The notes beneath the pieces are model-generated. The model did no database searches. It had not been told where the DNA came from and was given only the letters and a program-made list of their open reading frames with translations. A stretch of 64,000 bases of DNA from a virus, in the IMG/VR virus record IMGVR_UViG_3300028786_000007, positions 1 to 64,000 of that record; one strand, given 5' to 3'. The position numbers and the translations under genes were made by a program. Positions 46,301 through 52,828 of the stretch are shown in pieces. Position 1 is the stretch's first letter. The number at the start of each line of letters is the position of its first letter.

Positions 46301-46493
46301 ATTCATCATTGAATCGAAGAGTGGTCGCAACATTAAGTTTTTGTCCGGCCATGCCTCTGAAGATGAGGTGCTGTTCCCAACGGAACGCCAGTTCCTGATC
46401 ACTTACCGGGAAGAAGGGACCAACAAGCACGGTGATCCCTGCACAGACATCTACCTGACCGAGCTGCCGGAGGTAGATTTCAATGCGCTTTAG
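37341..46493 (+). CDS. Giant 3050-aa polyvalent ejection protein: ART-like domains, zincin metallopeptidase, PI3/4-kinase/HipA-like kinase, C-terminal VIP2-type ADP-ribosyltransferase
   Basis: YYHGG..YLT and VYHGT..YFT..GY.G; HEILH (40293); GGGTKPK..YLFKP..E..DWLISNHDGH..IDKG; WRG (46182), STS (46257), EDE (46359). Confidence 0.85.
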   Translation: MFNWDELLFNPNLLTQPQPVVAPGGWTPRLEPVNFSPQPTPSQPTVQPSWAAPNLEPALNPRVPFSPVAAENYDPFKAFAADVKEPKKPNLGLMGESWGTLKPDDQKKWLDDQFAAYETGQQRIKNLEGLIAASPSPVAQRALQSQLNATRSTLPDLAKLNEMRAGTAPLPLKTGLRAGAENAVQGFSGAVLGIPEFAGIVKGYLGDEKVDDNTLLKWAQDAKLKVNQLFPGDAARQEDFSQKLANGLGQLGAFYGGGAVTALLKAGPKAVAAVVTAMGASASGSQGFEEATAELKKAQEAAKAAGDTAQVSELDRILKTFGYAAVGTTEALPIVSTFARVAAPTTRIGARVAGAFEGALEEGAQEAASQLAQNAITGQTTDPNRPLGEGVAESAAIGAVLGGGAGGAFAGKPVPGVEEVNPSVEAPFAGPMEMKPGESLSFIDLIPDENGEYSVDGGQRALNAPVAALPSPEGPAAATVAPDLPPTAPAGSSSASAPITPPPGTSFFDAGSYDAALKGKELGKDEYYHGGSYKGGQSDGVVYLTKNPNFADTYVTMAKERGIEGADRQRLSVPLQAVAPMDAVERAATAAGIDTASSTPASWFDKELHGDQAVKLLTQSLKKAGFDHAVLPDVSYGGGMQEDVTVAFGPNAKTAVQDAAVKGKAAGPDMTRRGFLKGLGAAAGAAAVASTGLPKSVGQLASPPQAAATPVAAAARPAWRPWSEITNQYQYRPLTAQTLDPKRYEKLAKFVTKNIGGNVDLGQQLAEGKIQEVVFEGRPVGYNIDIAFPHYATPDFRLQNHPFKLYEKAFNPLPYPKAIEAQKQSEAPKAEKPTLPEQPFKAVGGKPGDVTRAIEISPQLNADQVEQQSKLLLNAGRTVQLPDALTEPYFRAINALGSMIPENIPANVLVEVRPSGVTENGKPLINAVFRTAAGAEQMVQGTWEELTDVRAFYMPAGGGAAHGLFLLPLDPSQSGSDRLGGVLWHEILHALRREGHLPARDWNRLLGHATDLDILGQRYQSFAQATRDPYAKDYEPNGTIRELYAEFNEGRPDFDEAMAQEAVAHMLEQYSHGALDAQAMAPIQDVLDNIKNGAYAQPVTGAEAGPIDQARQGVKLPEGVVRVYHGTVRPDFERFDTSKSEHGGDAYFTENPELANEFAGGKYPESLENPPYSLPYNSARRVIPADMDVTGFKRVKFGSWLLGPYEWTRDDGAKLQKAVDQAKAEGYKGLVAEGITDQKVKGSQYITWTPDTVKHAFTQKPLYALFGKWGKGEARTGEPAPELPKDLEYLNKSTTEEWATAKYSKPLFAIENIPGTVSYEISKTVLQNSLTETTKWMNEKNIGGTKNELYDLTFKKIFIKNMMKMGQDYLQKEGSGPKEAGIYLTAAAAGLMPGSGQPVLAKAPLTETGPAKPAGPKPATDYTKKEIDALNDADWATAKYLNPYYAVDSLTGFAHETATKLLKEAAKSSEPLKKKFLFSIITVANVWSTWAEGSKNKQASDQLLAAAQLLLPGSIQKPAAQSGTTVTTSYGHKLAEKNKAAFKAEINKTLDQLVAVGEKKTSKPFTVQQASEYADAQHPGAGVTIDNLMRWNEGADTDPKLLAIAIEELLADPETSGIDISEDPLQLAVLQDIVAMLEGQKSPPEPTTAQTSITVDQALEYAKTQDTDAYFALYDLVKGAFKGTDSAKLDPAQVADALIDHLENQDEPITAADFKSDTVLNDIAGMLYGHKSLPEPEPAAVEAAGKIIMAAFGDYYWFQEAKNNAAAKVKSSDVKNQTPAFKTAIAEHLSSLAPAFAPEFQVAFGKAIDILGGVKPTEPEAAKPAEDPLEAAEKIMKDYFDHADWYWQGAKNYGAAQVTLADVKNKTPTFYAAVVEGLKETAKTLKPGAKAAIQKAIDVLEAGKSKTLATAEDPAFKTLAEANNYANELGPDVQAAFVQALNATNKKLPHAVNYIKLDETSKNLAVIAIETPDAELKSKLLKMINGLYAGSKALKKAGDTGYYSPSAEAEPTPAKKPANPTGHAIADPASGLAYEIATNAFKGAKSDAQSAWEMDQPVNAEIAKIANLKISEAAGAVPLTGVGSLSEPELNQLQKIYEQLNAIEGGTFESAAAPAPKTYKHVTSALNKFVAVSYKGKKHIQEQIQTLYEAAFKDKGAFPVVSKTAEFKTELVKWLHNVAQQNGSSDLAKDFSKFAETIDTSEGDGTVEEPKPEFKPTLSFEDMIPAPQREYTFAKNAGGGTKPKEIWTDEEGKEYLFKPVKKGDEFVAYGEVAGGHISALVNPKAPKIWLQELNGRTGSMQEMLPNGGDLGDVAIEDLTGAEVQSIMREHVVDWLISNHDGHRRQFLIMGDGSLVGIDKGQAFKYFGKDKLDVDYHPNSQYGEEEPIYNKMWRALVAGKLTKATKDILGPDGDTEAVKKQLGELRAKLAEIAPEAEKAQSWLVNFQNGLKSEVRLLTDATNDAEYEDAQDMHMALNARLSSIEEEFLQDAEEKLKLEPQEWWIAGEQKGRSFFASKDNKQARIGASYNQFIPVLAKTWFLPQNGITLKEAQEILGKTHLHAGSFLETHGYSQEAEKYATALRDKGYDHIKLSDDAIVGLIAPQVVQPWEPITQEYRDKVHVAANGYLGDLLRSMARNLRNPEARKLLIRQAEKFEKAKGELLWNNDILPELEQSIDSTVLVGWRVSINNLINDRYAALTQKAETQTDSGNFWSDLVSRTQYNLRTNLYNFGVKAQSLHPAEGEYSQGQVDELKKSKFATEFQISELENQNDTVKFDSIFFKAANEAVDILQNKLSDDNFLGLIKPYAERRFKGRPNNLDAFLDYALQRKGNLANKFNRFFLGLRTDQKRRSDAVREVTSSSDYTVKEWKTTVADINKTHGINLTPEEYGAINAYTGSSFRGVNNTLRTGTPWEAEKKLSNEWLRDMNFADLIESGLQKIKPYTGTAWRGQVVHSDELARLLPGRVLTNKAFWSTSYSPGNAFNGNVKFIIESKSGRNIKFLSGHASEDEVLFPTERQFLITYREEGTNKHGDPCTDIYLTELPEVDFNAL

Positions 46494-46680
46494 GCAGGTC
46501 CAGAGCATTTTCGATAAAGCGGGGGGAAAGCTCCTCCTGCTCCGCCAGCGGGTCGCTGACTTGCTGGCGGGCCTGATTTTGCGCCTGCGCCGCCTTCACT
46601 TCGGAAGTCTTAACCTGTGCATCCGTCATGCCAGAAGCTTTCAGCAAGGCTTTTACTTCAGGCGAATACGTAATTGTCAT
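46480..46680 (-). CDS. Small hypothetical protein, convergent with the giant gene
   Basis: RBS GGAGA 6 nt before ATG; fills an otherwise empty gap. Confidence 0.55.
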   Translation of the reverse strand: MTITYSPEVKALLKASGMTDAQVKTSEVKAAQAQNQARQQVSDPLAEQEELSPRFIENALDLPKAH

Positions 46681-46793
46681 GCTAAGTCTCCAATTCTTTG
46701 ATGATTTCTACGAACGAATACACAATAATGCCCGAGAGTGGCAAGTAGACATGAGACCACGCCGCATGAAATGCGGAGAAAGCCACAGCTAAC

Positions 46794-47708
46794 ATGGCAG
46801 TTGAGAACAAAATTATCAATGCCGAAAGCGGTGGCCAGCGCTACGAGAAGAACCCGCGCTCCTCCGCCTACGGTCCTGGGCAATTTCTCAGCTCAACTTG
46901 GCTGAACATGATCTCTCGCTACCGGCCTGACCTCATGCAAGGCCGCGACTCGGCGGCCGTGTTGGCGCTACGCACCGACCCTACGCTCAACGCCGAGATG
47001 ACCCGGCGTTACGGCGAAGAGAACGGGCGCTTCCTCGCCTCCAAGGGCTTTGAGCCGAACGAGGGCAATATCTACCTCGCCCACTTCGCCGGCCCCTCGG
47101 GCGCAGTTAAGCTGCTCCAGAACCCGGATAAGCCAGCCGCGGAGGTACTGGGCCCAGCCGTCGTAGAGGCCAACCCCTTCCTGGCCAATTGGAAGGCCGC
47201 GGACGTCGACGCCTGGGCGGACCGGAAGATGGGCTGGAAGCCGGTAACAGGCGCTCCTCTGCCCAGGGAAGCCGCGGACGCGATGGCGCAGAGCTCATCA
47301 CCTCCCCCTATCCCAAAAGATGCAATCGCTAGCGCGGCCGGATCTCCCAATTCGGCTCCGGCCGCCGCTCAACCTCAGAAGGAAATGGCCGTGCTACCTT
47401 TTCTGGCTTCTCTATTCGGCGGTGGCGCGGGGGCCGGAGCCGCGGCGGGCGGCGCAGCCGGCCTGGGCTCTCAGCTCTCCGGCAGTGGCGGGTTGCTCTC
47501 TAGCCTCTTCGGTGGTGGCGAGGGCGGCGGCTTCGACTTCTCCAAGATGATGAATGATGGTGGTCAACCTGACCCCACCAATCCCCTCGCCGGCCAGCCC
47601 GGCGCTCCCCCCATGGGCCTGATGCCGCGGCCACAGGTGGACATGCGTGGCCTACAAGCCATGATTGCGAACCGTCCGCAACTCGGTGGTCCGGGAGTGC
47701 TGAGATGA
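46794..47708 (+). CDS. Virion-associated lytic transglycosylase / lysozyme-like protein
   Basis: IINAESGG, SSAYGPGQF..STW, YLAHFAG..GA. Confidence 0.8.
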   Translation: MAVENKIINAESGGQRYEKNPRSSAYGPGQFLSSTWLNMISRYRPDLMQGRDSAAVLALRTDPTLNAEMTRRYGEENGRFLASKGFEPNEGNIYLAHFAGPSGAVKLLQNPDKPAAEVLGPAVVEANPFLANWKAADVDAWADRKMGWKPVTGAPLPREAADAMAQSSSPPPIPKDAIASAAGSPNSAPAAAQPQKEMAVLPFLASLFGGGAGAGAAAGGAAGLGSQLSGSGGLLSSLFGGGEGGGFDFSKMMNDGGQPDPTNPLAGQPGAPPMGLMPRPQVDMRGLQAMIANRPQLGGPGVLR

Positions 47709-48772
47709 CCCTTTGGAAATGGTCTCAGACTGCGGCCACAAACTCTAACGTCGATTCTACGATTAATTTCGCAGAAGGTCAGGCCCCTTCCAGCGTCAAT
47801 GATTCGGCGCGAGCGCTTATGGCGGCCGTGGCCAAGAAGCGTGACGACGATTCCGGCAATCTGCTTACGACCGGTACTTCCACTGCATATGCGGTTAGTT
47901 CCAATCAGGTTTTAACCGCCCTTACAGATGGCTTTAGTATCACGGTGCGGATCAATGTTGCCTCTGGCCTTGATCCGACCTTGAACGTAGACACGCTGGG
48001 TGCGAAACAAATTCGCACTGTTTTGGGCACGAACCTCCCCACGGCGGCCTTCTCCTTGGGTGGTATCTATACCCTTACCTATGATTCCACGGATGACGCT
48101 TGGATTGTGCATGGTCGATTTGGAGATAGCCTCAATGCTACATCCGCGCCTGACCTAGTTGCAATTGAAGCGCTTTCGGGCACGGGCATTCTTCGGCGAA
48201 CAGGGTCCAATACTTGGGACGTTGACGCCAGTGTTGCCGACTTGGCGGACACTACGGCAAATCGCCTGTTTGGTACGAACGGCAGCGGTGTTTCCGGTGT
48301 CATTACTGTCGCGGCACCTCTAACTCTTTCAAGTAGCGCGTTAAGTGTGAGCGCGGCCAGCGATACAGTCTCTGGAACAATCGAAATCGCCACCCAGGCG
48401 GAGCAGGTTACGGCAACAGACACCACGCGCGCCTCGACGCCGGGGCGGCAGATGCACCACCCCGCGCACCCGAAGGCGTGGGCGAACTTCGAGCAAACCG
48501 GAACTCAGTCAATCCGCGAAAGCTACGGCGTGAGTTCGGTGACCGATGACGGTCAGGGCAAAACAATCGTCACGTTCTCAACGGCTTTTGCCGCCACGAC
48601 CTATGGTGTTGTTGCGACTTGCCAAGACACCAGCACGCAGGGCGACGTCATGGCATCGATCAATGCATCTGGGGCTAAGACGACGACGCAAATTCAAATT
48701 GCTTGCAACAGTTCGTCGGCAAACCTCTTCGATTCCGATCAGATTGGCATGATTGCGGCGGGGGGCCAGTGA
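47705..48772 (+). CDS. Tail fibre protein
   Basis: WS.TAATN..INFAEGQAPSSVNDSARALMA N-terminus; KAWANF..SYGVSSVTD.G.G C-terminal domain. Confidence 0.75.
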   Translation: MTLWKWSQTAATNSNVDSTINFAEGQAPSSVNDSARALMAAVAKKRDDDSGNLLTTGTSTAYAVSSNQVLTALTDGFSITVRINVASGLDPTLNVDTLGAKQIRTVLGTNLPTAAFSLGGIYTLTYDSTDDAWIVHGRFGDSLNATSAPDLVAIEALSGTGILRRTGSNTWDVDASVADLADTTANRLFGTNGSGVSGVITVAAPLTLSSSALSVSAASDTVSGTIEIATQAEQVTATDTTRASTPGRQMHHPAHPKAWANFEQTGTQSIRESYGVSSVTDDGQGKTIVTFSTAFAATTYGVVATCQDTSTQGDVMASINASGAKTTTQIQIACNSSSANLFDSDQIGMIAAGGQ

Positions 48773-49296
48773 TCGCGAAACAGATCCTGTTCACCCGGCC
48801 GGACGGCGCGGTGTCGATTTGCACGCCTGCCCCCGAGTGCATGGATTGGCTTGCCTGCGGCGGATATTGGGACGGCCGAGGATTGGACATCGATGAGCAA
48901 ATCGAAAGGTCTGTGGCGGCGGGACATCACGAACACGCGGCGCGGCGCTTTGTTCGCGCCATGGATAGAGGCGGTTGCACCACAGCGGAAGCCTACGAAA
49001 TCATCCGCGACCGCGATTGCGGCCACCTTGGAAGCGCCTTCGAGCTTGTCGCGCCGGAAGAGTTGCCAGACCGCTGGTTCCGCAACGCTTGGCGGCGGTC
49101 GCACAATGGTGGCCCGATCTGCGTTGACATGGCTGCCGCGCGCCGCATCCAAAGGGCGAGGCTTGCCGATTTCGCCGAGCACAGACGTGTTGATTTATCT
49201 TGGCCACGCTGGCGCGAGCGAATGAGGCGCGCACAAACGCCGGAAGCATTGAAGGCAATCTGGCCCAAACTAACAAGGCTGTCCCCGTGCTCATAA
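48769..49296 (+). CDS. Tail-fibre-associated (assembly chaperone-like) protein
   Basis: ELP.DRWFRNAW, VDM.AAR.I, A.TPEALKAIWP; lies between fibre genes. Confidence 0.6.
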   Translation: MIAKQILFTRPDGAVSICTPAPECMDWLACGGYWDGRGLDIDEQIERSVAAGHHEHAARRFVRAMDRGGCTTAEAYEIIRDRDCGHLGSAFELVAPEELPDRWFRNAWRRSHNGGPICVDMAAARRIQRARLADFAEHRRVDLSWPRWRERMRRAQTPEALKAIWPKLTRLSPCS

Positions 49297-51452
49297 AAAC
49301 TGACATCAATGCTCGCAGCGAGGCGCTACAGACCGCTTTTCTACGGAAAAGCGACATCCCAGCGACCGACACTCAAGCGGCCATTGAGTATTTGCGTGCA
49401 CTAATCTCTTCACTGACACTATTAGTCCCACCCCTTAGTGCTGATTATATCGTCGGAACTGCTAATGGAACTTTAACCGCAGAACGAGTTGCTACCGATA
49501 CAGCGACGATCGATGTCGATATCGCCACAGCCGGGCAGGCGAAGTGGAATATTATTGCGGATAGCGTCGATAATACATTCCTCGCCAATATGGCCCAGGC
49601 CACCCTCAAAGGCCGCGCAGCCGGCGCGGGGACCGGTGATCCGACCGATCTAACTCCTGCCCAGGCCAAGGCGGTTGTTGGTCTTCCGACCGCCAGCACC
49701 GACAATATGATCCCGCGCTTTGACGGGACCAGCGGTGATCTTCAGACGTCCACCTTGCTGCTCGGCGATACTGGGCCGCTGACTCCGACCGCCAATGACG
49801 GCATCGCACTCGGTTCGGGTACGCTCGCTTTTTCCGATTTATTTCTAGCGAATGGGGGCGTCGCCAATTGGAACAACGGCAACTATACGCTCACCCATAG
49901 CGCGGGAAATCTTACTGCGGCGGGCGGCCCATTCACGGCTCCGAGCTTCATCCCCTCTGGCTCAACCGTGCCCAGCAATGGCATGTACCTCCCGGCCGCC
50001 AACACGCTCGGCTGGGCTGTCAATACGACGATTGAGTTGCAACTCACCGGCACGGCGCTGTCGCCGGGGGCCGATGGCGGGTCTTCGCTGGGAACGACAG
50101 CGCTCGGATGGCAAAATCTATTCGGGAACACTGGCTTCGTCCTCAACGTCGAAAACGGGGACTGGGTCGCCACTCATACGGCAGGGATTCTGACGGTTGG
50201 CACTGGCGACCTTCGCGTCACGACGGCGGGAACCAACGCGGCGTCTGCGGTGACGGTTGGCGGCACGCAGACGCTGACCAACAAACAACTCACTGCCGCG
50301 ACGGTGAACACCAGTTTCACGCCGACCGCCAATGACGGTTCGGCGCTGGGCTCTGGCACGCTCTCCTTCTCTGATCTCTTCCTCGCCACGGGCGGCGTCC
50401 TCAACTGGGTAAACGGCAACTACACGCTTACCCATAGCGCCGGGAATCTGACGGCGGCCGGTGGTCCGTTCACTGCTCCTAGCTTCATTCCATCTGACTC
50501 GACCGTTCCCAGTAATGGCATGTATTTGCCCGCTGCGAACACACTTGGTTGGGCTGTTAACACGGCGATCGAACTGCAACTTACCGGCGCGGCGCTTTCG
50601 CCAGGGGCTGACGGGGGGTCATCTCTTGGGACGACAGCACTTGGCTGGCAGAACCTGTTTGTCAACACTGGGTTTGTCCTCAACGTCGAGAACGGGGATT
50701 GGGTTGCCACACATACGGCAGGCATTCTGACAGTCGGAACTGGCGACTTGCGCGTCACCACGGCGGGAACCAACACAGCCAGCGCCGTTACGGTGGGTGG
50801 CACGCAGACGCTGACCAATAAGACGCTGACCAACCCAACCCTCGGTGCAAGTTACCTACAGGCGGCGGAAATCGCCACGCCATCTTCACCGGCCGCTGAT
50901 AATTTGCGCATTTACGCCAAGGATGTTGCGGGTACAACTAGGCTGCATACGCTTGACAGCTCGGGTACGGAAACAATGCTGGGCTCAGGTGGAGGTGGCA
51001 TTACCGCCTCGACAGTTCAGGCAGCGACATCGGGAACGGCAATTGATTTCAGCAGCCTGCCCGCCGCTATAAAGCGAATAACCGTTATATTCGACTCCGT
51101 CTCATTGAGCGGCACGGACAATTTCCTGATCCAACTCGGCGACAGCGGCGGAATAGAAACGACTGGCTACACGTCAGAAACTGGCAACAGAGGGGCGGTG
51201 GCCACGTCAACAGCCGGGTTTATCTGGTATGGCAACTCCGCCGCAGGCGATTCATTTTCCGGCCACATGACAATCACCCGCATTACGAGCAATAGCTGGG
51301 TGGCCTCTCATGCTGCGGGTTCTACCGGCGGCAGAGAGGTGATTACCGGAGGTGGCCGCAAGGATCTGAGTGACGAGCTGACGCAGATTCGTATCACGCG
51401 AAGCGGCACGAACACGTTCGACGCTGGCCAGATCAATATCTTCTACGAGTAA
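49287..51452 (+). CDS. Tail fibre protein with an internal 179-aa tandem duplication (start uncertain, ORF open from 49200)
   Basis: Thr/Gly-rich, QTLTNK motifs, duplicated block. Confidence 0.8.
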   Translation: MLIKTDINARSEALQTAFLRKSDIPATDTQAAIEYLRALISSLTLLVPPLSADYIVGTANGTLTAERVATDTATIDVDIATAGQAKWNIIADSVDNTFLANMAQATLKGRAAGAGTGDPTDLTPAQAKAVVGLPTASTDNMIPRFDGTSGDLQTSTLLLGDTGPLTPTANDGIALGSGTLAFSDLFLANGGVANWNNGNYTLTHSAGNLTAAGGPFTAPSFIPSGSTVPSNGMYLPAANTLGWAVNTTIELQLTGTALSPGADGGSSLGTTALGWQNLFGNTGFVLNVENGDWVATHTAGILTVGTGDLRVTTAGTNAASAVTVGGTQTLTNKQLTAATVNTSFTPTANDGSALGSGTLSFSDLFLATGGVLNWVNGNYTLTHSAGNLTAAGGPFTAPSFIPSDSTVPSNGMYLPAANTLGWAVNTAIELQLTGAALSPGADGGSSLGTTALGWQNLFVNTGFVLNVENGDWVATHTAGILTVGTGDLRVTTAGTNTASAVTVGGTQTLTNKTLTNPTLGASYLQAAEIATPSSPAADNLRIYAKDVAGTTRLHTLDSSGTETMLGSGGGGITASTVQAATSGTAIDFSSLPAAIKRITVIFDSVSLSGTDNFLIQLGDSGGIETTGYTSETGNRGAVATSTAGFIWYGNSAAGDSFSGHMTITRITSNSWVASHAAGSTGGREVITGGGRKDLSDELTQIRITRSGTNTFDAGQINIFYE
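49785..50822 (+). repeat. Intragenic tandem duplication, period 537 nt (49785-50285 / 50322-50822)
   Basis: Near-identical peptides PTANDG...QTLTNK with many synonymous differences. Confidence 0.9.
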
Positions 51453-51503
51453 GAAGAAGGCTACATTGAAATTGTATAACAAATGCATTGACAGCAAGAA
51501 TCA

Positions 51504-51538
51504 TCGTCTTGCATTTCGGGCACAATAAAACCCGCCGC
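51504..51538. repeat. 35-bp direct repeat copy 1, part of a minus-strand terminator-like element
   Basis: TCGTCTTGCATTTCGGGCACAATAAAACCCGCCGC; 2 mismatches versus 52759-52793. Confidence 0.85.
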
Positions 51539-51576
51539 AGTTTCCCGCGGCGGGCCTCCATTACTCCTCAGGAAGA

Positions 51577-52653
51577 TCAGGCGGCGACTTCCATCGCCCG
51601 CCATTCCTTCGCCGGCAGCTCCATCACTTTCGCCCCGAGCGCCTCCAGCTGCACCGAGCGGTCGTAGCTCGGCACGTCCTGGGCCATGCGCGTTACCGCA
51701 TTGGCGAAGCCCCAACGGGAAAGGTCGCCGCCCTGCAGTAGGTGGGTGAGCACCGAGACCTGCTCTTCACCGTTCAGCCCGACCTGCTTGGCCAGCACTT
51801 CCACGGCCTTATCCGGGCGCTTGGTCTCCATATGCACTTCCGTCGCGGCGCGCATCCGGCCCAGGACCTTATCGAAGTTCTCCTGGGTGAAGATGCCGGC
51901 CGCTACGTCGCGCGCCTTCATCAACAGCACTTTGTCCTCGGCGACCTTCGTCTCGTCACGCAGCAGCTCATAGGCGGCCTCGTCGCCGGCCTGACGCTTG
52001 CCGAGGTGGAACGCCCGGAACTTACCGTCCGGCAGGATCATGCCGTTGAGGCAAGCTAGTCGATAGGCCAGCAGCGCGATAGAGAGCGCTCCAGCACCGA
52101 CTTCGGAATTGGAGGCGACCGTCCCGGCATACATCGTATCGCCGACCTTAACCTCACCCTGCACCTTGGGGGTGATGGCCTTAATATACATCCGCGATTC
52201 GGTCAGCGAGCATTCCGTGACAGTGAGCCCCTCGATCGCACCCAGAGCCGGCATCAGCTGCTCCAGGAAGTCCTCGTTGTCGAGCGGGCGATAGGCGTTG
52301 GAAAGATAAGCGCGGGCGGTGCGGTTGGCGTCCTTCTCCAGGGTGCGGATCAGGCGCGCGGTCGGCTTACGCTTATTGATGCGGTTGACGGTAAGGGCGA
52401 GCAGCTTGGGGTCTTCGCGTTGCAGCTTCTTGAAGAACACCGCGGGCACGCCAGCATGGGAGCCAACCTGCTCGAGGAAGAGGTCCGTCATCGCGTATTC
52501 GGCCGGGCGGCTCTTGATGCCCAGGACGAGGGAATTTTGGCTGTTGTCGTAGCGCAGGTGCATCTGGTTGCTCGGGGCAATGATGTCCTTGCGGGAAGCA
52601 ATATTCGTCGAAACCTGCTCAGCGAGCTGCTGGAGGGTGATGCCTGCTTTCAT
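51577..52653 (-). CDS. DUF932-family protein
   Basis: RAYLS..YR.LDN, SNSEVG.G...I...YRL.CLNG, H.G; RBS GGAG. Confidence 0.8.
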   Translation of the reverse strand: MKAGITLQQLAEQVSTNIASRKDIIAPSNQMHLRYDNSQNSLVLGIKSRPAEYAMTDLFLEQVGSHAGVPAVFFKKLQREDPKLLALTVNRINKRKPTARLIRTLEKDANRTARAYLSNAYRPLDNEDFLEQLMPALGAIEGLTVTECSLTESRMYIKAITPKVQGEVKVGDTMYAGTVASNSEVGAGALSIALLAYRLACLNGMILPDGKFRAFHLGKRQAGDEAAYELLRDETKVAEDKVLLMKARDVAAGIFTQENFDKVLGRMRAATEVHMETKRPDKAVEVLAKQVGLNGEEQVSVLTHLLQGGDLSRWGFANAVTRMAQDVPSYDRSVQLEALGAKVMELPAKEWRAMEVAA

Positions 52654-52717
52654 GGTCAGTCTCCGGTAAAGGGGTCAAAGGCCAGAGCAACAGAGGCTCT
52701 CTCCCGCCCACTCCAGG

Positions 52718-52746
52718 ACTTTACTATTGCCGCCGGCAGAAGTAAA
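52718..52746 (-). promoter_or_regulatory. Sigma70-type promoter with embedded operator (copy 2)
   Basis: Minus strand TTTACT-TCTGCCGGCGGCAATAG-TAAAGT (17-nt spacer). Confidence 0.75.
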
Positions 52747-52758
52747 CCCACTAAGTGC

Positions 52759-52814
52759 TCGTCTTGCATTTCGGGCACAAAAAAGCCCGCCGCGGCTGAA
52801 GCTGGGCGGGCTAG
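52759..52814 (-). terminator. Terminator after the SPFH gene; includes direct repeat copy 2 (52759-52793)
   Basis: AGCCCGCC..GGCGGGCT hairpin with T-run on the minus strand. Confidence 0.75.
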
Positions 52815-52828
52815 GAGCATTCAGTGCG

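Noticed and set aside
49785-50822. Diversity-generating retroelement TR/VR pair
   Set aside because: Both copies are in frame within one gene, differences are synonymous rather than adenine-specific, and no reverse transcriptase is present.
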